From: an uncultured delta proteobacterium
GTDB lineage: Bacteria > Myxococcota_A > Polyangia > Polyangiales > Polyangiaceae
Assembly: GCA_963696385.1 (NCBI GenBank)
Contig: CAVOKF010000007.1
Location: forward strand, 160,001 to 224,000
Direction: 5' to 3'
DNA: 64,000 nucleotides
Shown here: piece by piece, positions 29,807-38,995 of the stretch
Layout of the letters: every line of letters begins with the position of its first letter
How positions within the stretch are numbered: the first letter of the stretch is position 1
Notes under the pieces: generated by a model
What the model saw: the letters and a program-made list of their open reading frames with translations, nothing else
Told to the model about the DNA's origin: nothing
Databases searched by the model: none
Made by a program: the position numbers and the translations under genes

Positions 29807-29828
29807 CGCGAGGCGCCTTTCGCCGTCT

Positions 29829-30899
29829 TCATGACGAACCCAACCCGGGTCGCTCGGCACAAAACTCCGTGCGCAGGCCCTTGACACCGTCGAACATGTG
29901 GGTGACCTCCGTCACGTAATACGTGCCCTCGAAGAGCGGCCCGAGGCCGGTGAGATCCACGTAGGCTCCGACGCGCAGACCAGGGTCGGTGTCGGCCACG
30001 CCGCGCACGCTCAAGAACGTCCTCGCGAAGGCCCGGAAATGGGCCTCGGCACGCGCCTGCGCTTCGGCCTGCGTCCAGGGCACCGTGTGCACGATCGTGT
30101 CGTTTCGAGTGCCGAAGCTGCTCTGGACCACGCTGGCTCCGCTGGTATTGCCGCCGAGCTCGCTCCCGAGCACCGAATCGGTCGCCTGGGACTGGATGGC
30201 CTGCTTGGCCGACACGTCCCATCCGCTGACGGTGAGTGCCGTTCGTTGGTTGGCCAGATCGGCGCTGACGACCACTTCCCGGAGCTCGTGCTTATAGCCC
30301 AGCGTGAGCGAGGCCCCCCGCCTGTGCTCGCGCGCCTGCGCGTGAAGTGTCGTTCCGTCCATCCAGACCTCGGCATCGACGGCCCGGGCGCGGTCGCGAA
30401 TCAGCGCCAGATCGCTCTGGTTGACCTGCGCGATGACGCGGTACTGCGGCCCCTGCACGTCGATGCTCGGGGTGAGGCCGTGCGCGCTCGCGATCGTGCT
30501 GAACAGGTCCGCGTCCGTGATGTTCTCGAACGTTTGCGTCCGGCGCGTCATGCGAAGCTCCTGGAACCGATCCTCGGCCAGAACGCCGATCTCGATCTGG
30601 GTGTCCTCGGGGAAGCGTCCCTCGAGCGCCGAGATCGTCCCTTCGAACATGGATTGACCGGCCAGCGAAATTTGAAGCGACTTGCCGAAGTCCAGAAGCG
30701 ACCGATCGAAGTAGAGAAACCCCGTGCCGCCCTGACCCAGGGGGCCCCAGTTGCCGACGACGAGCTCGCACCGGTAAAGGCCCAGGATCGTCTCGGTGAT
30801 GCTCATACCCAGAAGCCCCTGCGTGAGCGAGGGCTGGTTTTGCCCTGCGATCGAGACGGTCGGCCGCAGGGCGCTGATGCTGGTGGAGTCGGTGGTCAT
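29829..30899 (-). CDS. Phage late-control D / gp27-like hub (VgrG N-terminal half)
   Basis: QVNQSDLALIRDRA, VSGWDV..KQ, GLGPLFEGTYYVTEVTH.FD; ATG at 30899. Confidence 0.9.
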   Translation of the reverse strand: MTTDSTSISALRPTVSIAGQNQPSLTQGLLGMSITETILGLYRCELVVGNWGPLGQGGTGFLYFDRSLLDFGKSLQISLAGQSMFEGTISALEGRFPEDTQIEIGVLAEDRFQELRMTRRTQTFENITDADLFSTIASAHGLTPSIDVQGPQYRVIAQVNQSDLALIRDRARAVDAEVWMDGTTLHAQAREHRRGASLTLGYKHELREVVVSADLANQRTALTVSGWDVSAKQAIQSQATDSVLGSELGGNTSGASVVQSSFGTRNDTIVHTVPWTQAEAQARAEAHFRAFARTFLSVRGVADTDPGLRVGAYVDLTGLGPLFEGTYYVTEVTHMFDGVKGLRTEFCAERPGLGSS

Positions 30900-30922
30900 G
30901 GGATCTTCGCTTTCGCCCGCGA

Positions 30923-31099
30923 TCAGTGCGCCCAGACGCGCAAGCCGCGCTCGCGCAGGTGGCGCTGGATCCGAAAGACGTCCCGGGCGCCGACCGAGCT
31001 CGGCGGATCGCTCGGTTTCGCTTGGGGCCCCGACGCCTTGCCCGCGGCCGCCTGGTCCGGCCCCGGCACGACCTCGATTTCGTGGATGATGACCGGCAT
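30923..31099 (-). CDS. Small 58-aa eCIS protein (Afp6-like by size and position), absent from the ORF track
   Basis: MPVIIHEIEVVPGPDQ...QRHLRERGLRVWAH*; fills the operon gap. Confidence 0.7.
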   Translation of the reverse strand: MPVIIHEIEVVPGPDQAAAGKASGPQAKPSDPPSSVGARDVFRIQRHLRERGLRVWAH

Positions 31100-31105
31100 C
31101 GTCTC

Positions 31106-31996
31106 TTACCCGACGGTGAAGGCCGTGCTCGCGCTCGCGGACACGCTCCCGCTGATGCCCCCCCCGACGGTCCCGCCGACAGTTGCGCCGACCGTGCCGC
31201 TGGCGTCGACGCTCGCCGCCGCGGAGACGCTCCCGCCGACGCCCCCGCCCAGCACGCCGTTCACCCCGACGGCGACCGCGCCCAGCGCACCGGTGCTTGC
31301 GCCCACGCTGATGCCGCCGGTCAAATCGGCGCTCATGTCGATGAGCTGCCCGGTCGCCAGCATGCGCGGGTTGTCGATCCCGTTGGCCGCGGCGATCGAT
31401 TGCCAGTCGCTCCCACGGCCGGCAGCCGTCGCCATCGATTGAATCGAAGCGCCCTGCGGGCTCGCCGTGAGCGGGGCGTTGCCCGGCGCCGTCGGATCGC
31501 TCTGCTGGCCGGTCGTGATGAATTGAATGGTTTGGTCGACGAGCGAAAAGGACACGCTCGCACGCTGGGGTTTGCCGTCGGGCGAGAAGTACTCGATGTT
31601 CTCTTCGATCGAATCCATGATCCCTTGAAATACGAAGGTGCCCCACTGGAATCGGACAAAAAGGGGGCTGAAGCTCCCCGGCGTAGCGCCGGCCGTCTGG
31701 ACGGGAGCGGGAATCATGAAGTTGACCACGGTCTTCGTGAGCGTTCGCACGTCGGTGGTCCCCGTGAGACTGGTCCCGGCGTCGAACCAGATCTGCCCCG
31801 ACATCTTCGTCGTTCCCGACCCGATGAACTGAAGCGCCGCCGGGCCGCGCTGGTCGCCTGCACCCTTCGGAGGCTGGATCTGATTCGCATAACTGACCTT
31901 GAGCGACTCGGGGTTGAACTGAACGGGGACTCGGGCCGCCAGCTCCTTTTGGAACGCCGAGTTCATCTGGACGAAATAGGCCTTCTCCAGGTTCAT
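31106..31996 (-). CDS. CIS tube initiator / LysM-like protein (Afp7-like) with Gly-rich C-terminal tail
   Basis: VQFNPESL, FQWG.F.F.G, FSPDGKPQRA.V, WQSIAAANGIDNPR; ATG at 31996. Confidence 0.88.
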   Translation of the reverse strand: MNLEKAYFVQMNSAFQKELAARVPVQFNPESLKVSYANQIQPPKGAGDQRGPAALQFIGSGTTKMSGQIWFDAGTSLTGTTDVRTLTKTVVNFMIPAPVQTAGATPGSFSPLFVRFQWGTFVFQGIMDSIEENIEYFSPDGKPQRASVSFSLVDQTIQFITTGQQSDPTAPGNAPLTASPQGASIQSMATAAGRGSDWQSIAAANGIDNPRMLATGQLIDMSADLTGGISVGASTGALGAVAVGVNGVLGGGVGGSVSAAASVDASGTVGATVGGTVGGGISGSVSASASTAFTVG

Positions 31997-32460
31997 CAGG
32001 ACTGCCCACGGAACGTCAGCGACTCGTATGCGACTTGAAGCTCCTCGATCGCGACCCCGCCGTCCTTGGCATTGAGGGGTGGGGCCTTGAGCTTTTGCGG
32101 CAGGCAGCGCGCGAGCACGAAATGCGCCAGGGTCGTGCCGTTTTGGGGGCTCGTGACGACGACGCTCGCGTCGTAGCGAAGTCCGGGATTCGCAAGAGCG
32201 GCGGAGACCCAAGTCCACAAGTCGAAGTTGCTGCTCATGCCCCGCTTGAGGGTGAGCGTCCCGAGCACCGTCGGTCCGGCGAGGCGAACCTGCGACATGT
32301 TGTTGCCGCCCTCACGGATCGTCTTGACCTCCATGCCGACCTCGAGCCCGTCGCATTCCGAAAAAGCGGCGGCGCACAAGCTCGACGAGGCGCCCGGAGC
32401 GCTGATCTCGACCGAGAAGCTGAAGGCGACGAACGGATAACCCGGGATGGAGTTGGCCAT
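31996..32460 (-). CDS. Tail tube protein 2 (T4 gp19-like)
   Basis: YPFVAFSFSVEI, FSECDGLE, IREGGNN, LTLKRG, VAIEEL.VAYE. Confidence 0.93.
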   Translation of the reverse strand: MANSIPGYPFVAFSFSVEISAPGASSSLCAAAFSECDGLEVGMEVKTIREGGNNMSQVRLAGPTVLGTLTLKRGMSSNFDLWTWVSAALANPGLRYDASVVVTSPQNGTTLAHFVLARCLPQKLKAPPLNAKDGGVAIEELQVAYESLTFRGQS

Positions 32461-32462
32461 GG

Positions 32463-35263
32463 TCAACTGCTCTGCGCCACGGTGAGCTGATTTCCACTTT
32501 GAATGAGCCGCACCGTCAGAAACGACAGCGGCCAGGAAGGCGCCACCTGAAGCTCGACGACGAAGCGCCCGAGATCCACGGAATTGGGGGGATTGACACT
32601 GGCGTCCGTGATCACACGGTACGCGTCGCTGGCGGTCGCCCCCGCCAGCGCGCCCCGGCTGAACAGGCCGTCGAGCAGCGACGTGAACCGGCGCTGCACC
32701 ATGCGCGCCAGCCGTGGGCCGTTCGGCTCGAACACGTACGCGGTCCCGAGGCTGAGCGCCGAGCGACGCAAGAGCATGAGCAGCCGTCGCACGTTGATCG
32801 GCACCAGGTCCGGATCGTCGGTGAGCGTATCCGCGCTCATGGCCATCAAGCCGCGCGCTTCCGCGCGGATCCGATTGACCGGCTGCTCGTCCAGGACGGC
32901 CCACACGGCGTCGGAAAGGGCCGGCGAAAGCCCGAGAATGCTGGCGTCGAGCGCCTCGTTCGCGGGTGCGATCCAGGCGCCGCGCGCGAGCGTGCGGCGC
33001 GCGTAGACGCCCGCAATCGCCCCGTCCGGCGGCGTGGTGCGGAGCGGCCCCGTCGACACGTCCCGGCCGATGATCCACGGATGGTAGACGGCGCCGTACC
33101 CGAGCGTCCGCGTGGACTGGTTGGCGCACAGGGTGCTGACGTAGGCCGCCGCATCGGCGGCGCTCTGCGATTCGGGCAGCGAAAGGATCGCGAACAGGTC
33201 GCCGCGAGCCGCGCACAGCGTCAAAAGCGCGCCCTGGACGACGGGCAACGCCGGCGCGGGGTTGTCGACGTCTTGCTTCGCCACCCAGCCCGATCCCAGA
33301 AGGACCGAGACGGCGATCGCCGCCGAGTAGCCGCTCGTGAGCGTTCCGGCCGTCGCGCTCGCGCGGACGAAGAACACACCGGGCGTGTGGCTGTAGACGA
33401 CGAGCGTGGTCTGCGCCGTCGTGTAGGTCACGACCCCGCTGCCGAATTGGGGATCCGGCGACTCCTCGACGGAGTATTGCGTGGCTCCGTCGACGGCGCC
33501 CCACGACAGGACGAACGTACCGTTCGCGTCCGGCGGCTGGGCGATGGCGACGTTGGGCAGCGAAAGCGCCCGCTGCGCGCAGGCGTAGAAGGCGCCGTCG
33601 TTGCCGGGAACGACGGGCTGCGCCAGGGCGCCCTCCGGCGCCGACGGCGACGAGGCCGCGGTCCAGCCCGGCAACGTGGCGTCCGGCACGGCGATGATCG
33701 TGGCCTCGTCGACGCCGAGGGCCGCATGGATGCCCCGGAGGCGACGCGGATCGCTCGACTGGTACTGGATGAAGTTGGCCTCGGCGAGAAGCTCGGCAGC
33801 GCCGACGTTGACGAGGTCCGGATCGACGAACAGCGACGCGTCGAACGAGGACAGCCCGTCGCGTTCCAGGCTGCTCCCGGTCTGGGCAAAGGCCGGCAGT
33901 GGATAGTCGGGCGTGTACGGCATGCCGATCGGAAGGAACGTGATGTCCGGTCTGCCGCAGGCCGCGAGATCGAAGCGCGGTTCGGTCACCTCGTTCCAAA
34001 GCGGTGCGAGTTCGTCGGCGCGGTTGCGAAGCTCGACGGCTCGAGCGTCGGTGTCGGTCGTGTCGGATGTGCCGCGAAAGAGCTCCTCGTCGCTCGGCAA
34101 CGCCCAGAAGGCGTACGAATGGGAGGGATCGAACCCGAGGTCGCTGATCGGGGTCGGCGTCTCGGATCCCGTCTGGGTCTGGAGCTCGAGCCGCAGGCGT
34201 TCCACCTCCAGGCCCCCCGGCGGCGACGACACGGGCAAAGGTCCCGGCGCCGGGTCGACGAACAGGCCCTGACCGGTCAAAAGGACGGCGCCGGAAAGGG
34301 GAGGCGAGAAGAGCGCAGGAGGCGAGGCGACGGTCGGGGGGATCCCACGAGGTCCACCGCGACCACCTCCGTGACCGTGACCCACAGGTCGCCCCCGGGG
34401 AACTGGACGCCCAGCATCGTCCCGGCCGCGGGCGCGGCGCTGAGGGGCGCCGCCAAGAGCAGCTGCACGGTCCCTCCGCTGGCCTGTTGGAGCGTGGCCG
34501 CGATCCCGCCGGCGACGGTGGTGCCCATCGCGCCGGGAGGCACGCTCGCAAGGCAGGTGCGAAACCAGTTCACGTTCGGCGTTCCGTCCGCTTGGACGAC
34601 GGTCGAGAGGCTCAGGGTGGCGGCGTTCGTCTCCGTCGGAACGATCGGGTTGACGGCGCTCACCACGAACATGGCGACGCGCGTCGCGATCGCTCCGTCG
34701 TAGAAGGTGAGACGCATCAGGTCGCCGACGACGACGTCGTCGAGCGCGCTCGTGACCACGTCGAGCGAAGCGGGAAATCCCTCGAGTCCCGCCCATCCAG
34801 TCACGCCGAGCGCCAGCGGTCGGCTGACAAGGACGGTGGCCACGAGAAGATCGTCGGACCAGCTGCCTTGCGAACGCGCCATGGCGGTTGCAGGCGCAAT
34901 CGCTCCGTCCGGCGAGAGCGAGACCATCCCGCAGACGGGAAACTCGTTGGTCGCCCCATCGCCCGCGACGCGCACGACCCAGCAGCGCTGCCCGCCGTTC
35001 AGGAAGTAGGATCGCACGGCGGGCGCGAGGTATGCGTTCATCGTTGCGCCCTGGACCGGATCCCAGGCGAGCGCCGCGTCGGCGCCGAAGATCGACTCGA
35101 AGTGCGACGGATCGTCGACGGCCACGGGGATTTGCAGCGGCCCCGACGCGGAAAATCCCACGAAGAGTGCGATATCCATGCGCGGCAACACCTGGGCCAG
35201 CGGCGGCGGCAAAACCTCGAACCGCACACCGGCGGCCCGACGCGGTGAGCGCGCCATGGCCAT
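32463..35263 (-). CDS. Tail sheath protein 2 (about 933 aa), split by a 1-bp frameshift at 34336-34341
   Basis: N-part LPRMDIALFVGFS..GP, YFLNGGQRCWVVRV; C-part YGAVYHPW, GAWIAPAN, INVRRL, VFEPN. One more base in the 6-bp run joins the frames. Confidence 0.88.
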
Positions 35264-35266
35264 GGC

Positions 35267-35734
35267 CTAGGCCACCTTCAGGTACTCGTAGGCGATCGTC
35301 AGCTCCTCCATCGCGACGTCCGTGCCCTTGGCGTTCAAAGGCCCGATCGAGTGCTTGATCGGCCGGGCGTTGCTGAGCGTCCAGGTCAGCACCGCGGAGG
35401 TCTGGTCCGACTCCGTGTTCAACGTGATCGTCACGTTGTAGACGGCCGAGGAGTCGACCGAACCGGTGCGGACCGCGTCAAACCAAGTGTACAGAGAAAG
35501 CATGCCCACGACGCCGCGTTTCAGGGTGACGTCCGTGACCTTGTTCAGGCCCGTGATCTTCTGAACGCGCAGCAAGGGATCGTTGCCGTTGCGGTACTCG
35601 TGGACCGCTACCTCCTGGGCCAGGGCGCTGCACTCCTGAAAGCCCCCGAGGGGCTGCGTGGCATCCACGCCGGAGAGGTTGAGATCGACGGTAAAGTTGA
35701 ATTGCGAGTACGGGGTCGCTCGTTGCAAGGCCAT
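35267..35734 (-). CDS. Tail tube protein 1 (T4 gp19-like)
   Basis: PYSQFNF, GGFQECS, EYRNGN, VTLKRG, VAMEEL.IAYE. Confidence 0.95.
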   Translation of the reverse strand: MALQRATPYSQFNFTVDLNLSGVDATQPLGGFQECSALAQEVAVHEYRNGNDPLLRVQKITGLNKVTDVTLKRGVVGMLSLYTWFDAVRTGSVDSSAVYNVTITLNTESDQTSAVLTWTLSNARPIKHSIGPLNAKGTDVAMEELTIAYEYLKVA

Positions 35735-35786
35735 GGTGGGCTCCTTCCCTCAAGCTGTCACGGGGTCCGCTCTTCCGTGTCGGTGG

Positions 35787-37796
35787 CTACGAAGTCCGAT
35801 CTCCAGTCCACTGGCCGATGCGGAAGATCACGAATTCCGCCGGGCGGAGCGCGGCGACGCCGACGAGACAAACCAGCCTACCGAGGTCGAGATCTTGCTG
35901 GCTCATCGTGGTCTGATCGCACCGGACGAAGAAGGCTTGCTCGGGCTTGGTCCCGGCCAGGGCACCGGACTGCCATTCGCTCGTCAGAAACGCCGCGATC
36001 GACGCCTGCACCTTGGCCCAGAGTCTCACTCCGTTCGGTTCGAACACCGCCCACTGCGTCCCGTCGTCGATCGATCGCTCGAGGTAGGCGAAGTACCGCC
36101 GCAGGTTGACGTAGATCCAGTCGGTGTCCGAGCTGACGGTGCGCGCTCCCCAGACGAGGTACCCGCGCCCCTCGAAGAAGCGCAAGCAATTGATGCCCAG
36201 AGGGTTCAAGATGTCTTGCTGGGCCTTGTTGACGTTGACGTCGAAGCCCTGCGCGAGCGCAATGACTTCGTTGGCGGGCGCCTTGTAGACGCCTCGCGTG
36301 TTGTCGTTGTTCGCGTAGATCCCGCATATGAATCCGCTGGGCGGCAGGTAAATCGGATTGCTCGTGATCGGATCGAGCACGCGAACCCACGGGTAGTAAA
36401 GCGCGGCGTAGCTGCTGTCGAACTGACCCCGCAGCGCGCTGACCTGGTTGAGGTTCTCGCCGTTGCCGCTGTCGAGCACGGCGATCCGGTACTTCATGTT
36501 CTCGCAGTGGGCCACGAGCTCCTGCATGATCCCGAGCGCGACTCCGTAGGCCACGGAACCCGGGCCCCCGAGGTCCATTTGGTAGGTCGAGCCGGGCGCC
36601 GCGACGATCGAAATGTCCTCGATGTCCTCGAACTGAACGAGGCCGGTCTTCGGGCTCGGCACGATGTCGGTCGGATCGCCCGTTCCTTCGTAGTCCGACA
36701 AGGCGGGCAGAGCCCCGTCCGTCCCCCCCTGAAGCTGCACGGTGATCGTCCGCTGGGCCGTCGTGGAGCTGAGGGTCTGAAGCACGTTCGGCAGCGTGGC
36801 GGCGCTGCTCGGGGTGGCGGGCGACGGGTAGGCCGCAAAGAAGGCTTGCAAAAGGCCCAGGCCGTCGAGAGTTCCGTTGGGACCGGGCTGTTCGAATTTG
36901 ATGGGAAGATCCCTTCCGTAAGCTGGGTCGGGCGTGCTCGGGTTGGTTGGGTCGGGCCCGAACACGCCGACGAACGAATCGTACGCGTCGCTGGTCTGGT
37001 GCGACGGATCGAGGGCCAGATCGGTCCACGTCTGCGACGGCTGGTTGATGTCAAGCAGGGCGGTGACCGTGACCGAGAGCGTGATGACGCGGATTTCCTG
37101 ACTGGGGGAAAGCGCACCGATCGCGATCGACGCGGCCGGGCTCGCGGATGATGCGTCTTGGACGAAGAGCCAATTCTGCGCGATCGGGTCCCAGGTGGCG
37201 AGGTACGCCGGAAAGTTACTCGCGGTGGACGTGGTCGAAACGAAGCCCGGCGCCGACGAGGAGGTCGGGCGGATCATGACGACGTCGAACTCCTCGACCG
37301 ACCCCACTTGGGGCGTCCCGCTCTTGTTGAAGGAAAGTACGTTGGGGCCGACCATGAGGGTGATCTGCACCTGCATGTTCCCGTAGAGGCCCGGGTAGCG
37401 CGCGCAGAGGCTGGGACCGGTGGGCGGCGATCCGAAACCCAGCGACGCCCGAGCGAGGGTGGGGGCGGTAGCGGGATTGGAGGAAACGATTCGCGAGACG
37501 TAGAGCTGCGTGCCCCCCTGGGTGAAGAACGCCCGCGCGGCGTGCCACATGAAATTGGTAATCGACGTCGGCGGGCCGCCCGCAGCGCCGGGCTGCACCA
37601 CCTGCAACGGCTGACCGTCCCCGTAGGTGCGCTCGTAGTCATCGAGGCTGGAGATCATCTCCAGTTCGAGGTTGTAGGGGCCGTAGCGTGTGGGCCCTAT
37701 GAAGCCCGTAGTCGTCGTCCCGACGCCGGCGATGGCCTTGGTGCTCCGATAGGAGACTTCTTCGATATAGACGCCGGGAGACAGGTATTCCGCCAT
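35787..37796 (-). CDS. Tail sheath protein 1
   Basis: YLSPGVYIEE, YAALYYPW, RGVYKAPANE, VWGART, WAVFEPN, PAEFVIFRIGQ. Confidence 0.96.
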   Translation of the reverse strand: MAEYLSPGVYIEEVSYRSTKAIAGVGTTTTGFIGPTRYGPYNLELEMISSLDDYERTYGDGQPLQVVQPGAAGGPPTSITNFMWHAARAFFTQGGTQLYVSRIVSSNPATAPTLARASLGFGSPPTGPSLCARYPGLYGNMQVQITLMVGPNVLSFNKSGTPQVGSVEEFDVVMIRPTSSSAPGFVSTTSTASNFPAYLATWDPIAQNWLFVQDASSASPAASIAIGALSPSQEIRVITLSVTVTALLDINQPSQTWTDLALDPSHQTSDAYDSFVGVFGPDPTNPSTPDPAYGRDLPIKFEQPGPNGTLDGLGLLQAFFAAYPSPATPSSAATLPNVLQTLSSTTAQRTITVQLQGGTDGALPALSDYEGTGDPTDIVPSPKTGLVQFEDIEDISIVAAPGSTYQMDLGGPGSVAYGVALGIMQELVAHCENMKYRIAVLDSGNGENLNQVSALRGQFDSSYAALYYPWVRVLDPITSNPIYLPPSGFICGIYANNDNTRGVYKAPANEVIALAQGFDVNVNKAQQDILNPLGINCLRFFEGRGYLVWGARTVSSDTDWIYVNLRRYFAYLERSIDDGTQWAVFEPNGVRLWAKVQASIAAFLTSEWQSGALAGTKPEQAFFVRCDQTTMSQQDLDLGRLVCLVGVAALRPAEFVIFRIGQWTGDRTS

Positions 37797-38401
37797 GAAT
37801 CACCCTCACACGCGGCCAGCCGGTTGCCGCCCGCCCGCATCAATTGCGCCGATCTTTTGCCAAAAATTCGATACGCAACGAAATATCGATTACTCGACGG
37901 ATTTCGCCGCGCCGGCTTGTTGACATTGGCCCGAACCGATGTCCACACCGATGCCCCACGACGTCCTCTCGCTATTCGAGAAACACGTCGTTTCAACTGT
38001 CGACGTTTACGACCACGCCTACTAACGACGGGGCCCAGCCCACCACACACGCGTTTGCTCTGTCAAGCGACAATCCACGGTCGGGGCCGCTTCAAAGGAT
38101 GGAACCAACGAAAGTCAACGAAGACGACCGTTTGCCCGTTCAGCCGGCGCTTTTTCGACGGGCCCTACGCGTGAAAAAATGCGCGTCACGCAAATTCAGC
38201 TGTCAACGCTTTTCCGCCCGCGAGAGGATTCCTTATGTGAAGCACGAGCCGACACATGCTCTCGACTCGTTGGGCATCCTCTTCTTACGCGGGTGGACGT
38301 CTCGCGTTCTTCCGTTGGGATTTGCGAGCGCCTGTGCAATCGTGCACCTCGACGCCGCCGTCCACGCTTGGGAGGCCGGTTGAGTCCAAAGGGGATCCGA
38401 G
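37797..38401. promoter_or_regulatory. Divergent promoter region between the sheath operon and DUF4255
   Basis: 605-bp AT-richer gap between divergently oriented eCIS genes; no individual motif confidently assigned. Confidence 0.55.
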
Positions 38402-38995
38402 TTGGCGACGTATCACGCAATAGCGGCGATCGGTCAGGCGGTTCTCGGACTGCTGGAACAAGCACGCATCGGGTCTGAATTCGATGGCTGTGACTTCGAG
38501 CTCTATCAATCGTCCAACTTTCATGCACCGATGGACGAAGGATTGTCGCTTTTTCTGTACAACACCGTCGTCAGCACGGCACGACGCAACGTTCCAGGGA
38601 GGGTCTCACCCGACGGCCGAAGACACCGTCCGCCGCTCCCTCTCGACCTTTACTACCTACTCACTCCGTGGGCGAAGACGGCGACGGCGCAGCACCGACT
38701 CTTGGGCTGGGCCATGCGGGTGATCGATGATAGTGCGACGCTTCCCGCGTCGCTGCTCAACCACTATGGCCCGGAACCGGACACGTTCTGGCCGGACGAA
38801 ACGGTCACGCTCGTCAACGAGCCCATCTCGTTGCAAGACATCTACAACATCTGGGAGATCAACAAGCAGAACGTGCAGGTGTCGGTCGCCTACGTCGCAC
38901 GCGTCGTCTTCATCGATTCCACGGTCGACGATGTCCAGGTCCTTCCGGCGCAAGCTCGTTCGTTCGAGACCGCGAAGAAGGGCCAATCACGATGA
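38402..38995 (+). CDS. DUF4255 / Pvc16-like tail terminator (cap) protein
   Basis: LSLFLY, PPLPLDLYYLLT.W, LLGWAM, SVAYVARVV; TTG start. Confidence 0.88.
   Translation: MATYHAIAAIGQAVLGLLEQARIGSEFDGCDFELYQSSNFHAPMDEGLSLFLYNTVVSTARRNVPGRVSPDGRRHRPPLPLDLYYLLTPWAKTATAQHRLLGWAMRVIDDSATLPASLLNHYGPEPDTFWPDETVTLVNEPISLQDIYNIWEINKQNVQVSVAYVARVVFIDSTVDDVQVLPAQARSFETAKKGQSR

Noticed and set aside
29829..34551. Long N-terminal extensions of the hub (726 aa), tube initiator (370 aa) and tube 2 (851 aa) in the ORF track
   Set aside because: They overlap upstream genes in other frames; internal ATGs at 30899, 31996 and 32460 give family-sized proteins.
37847..37863. Possible sigma-54 promoter upstream of sheath 1 (minus strand TTGGCAAAAGATCGGCG)
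   Set aside because: GG-N10-GC spacing fits, but the -12 element lacks TTGC; too weak without TSS data.
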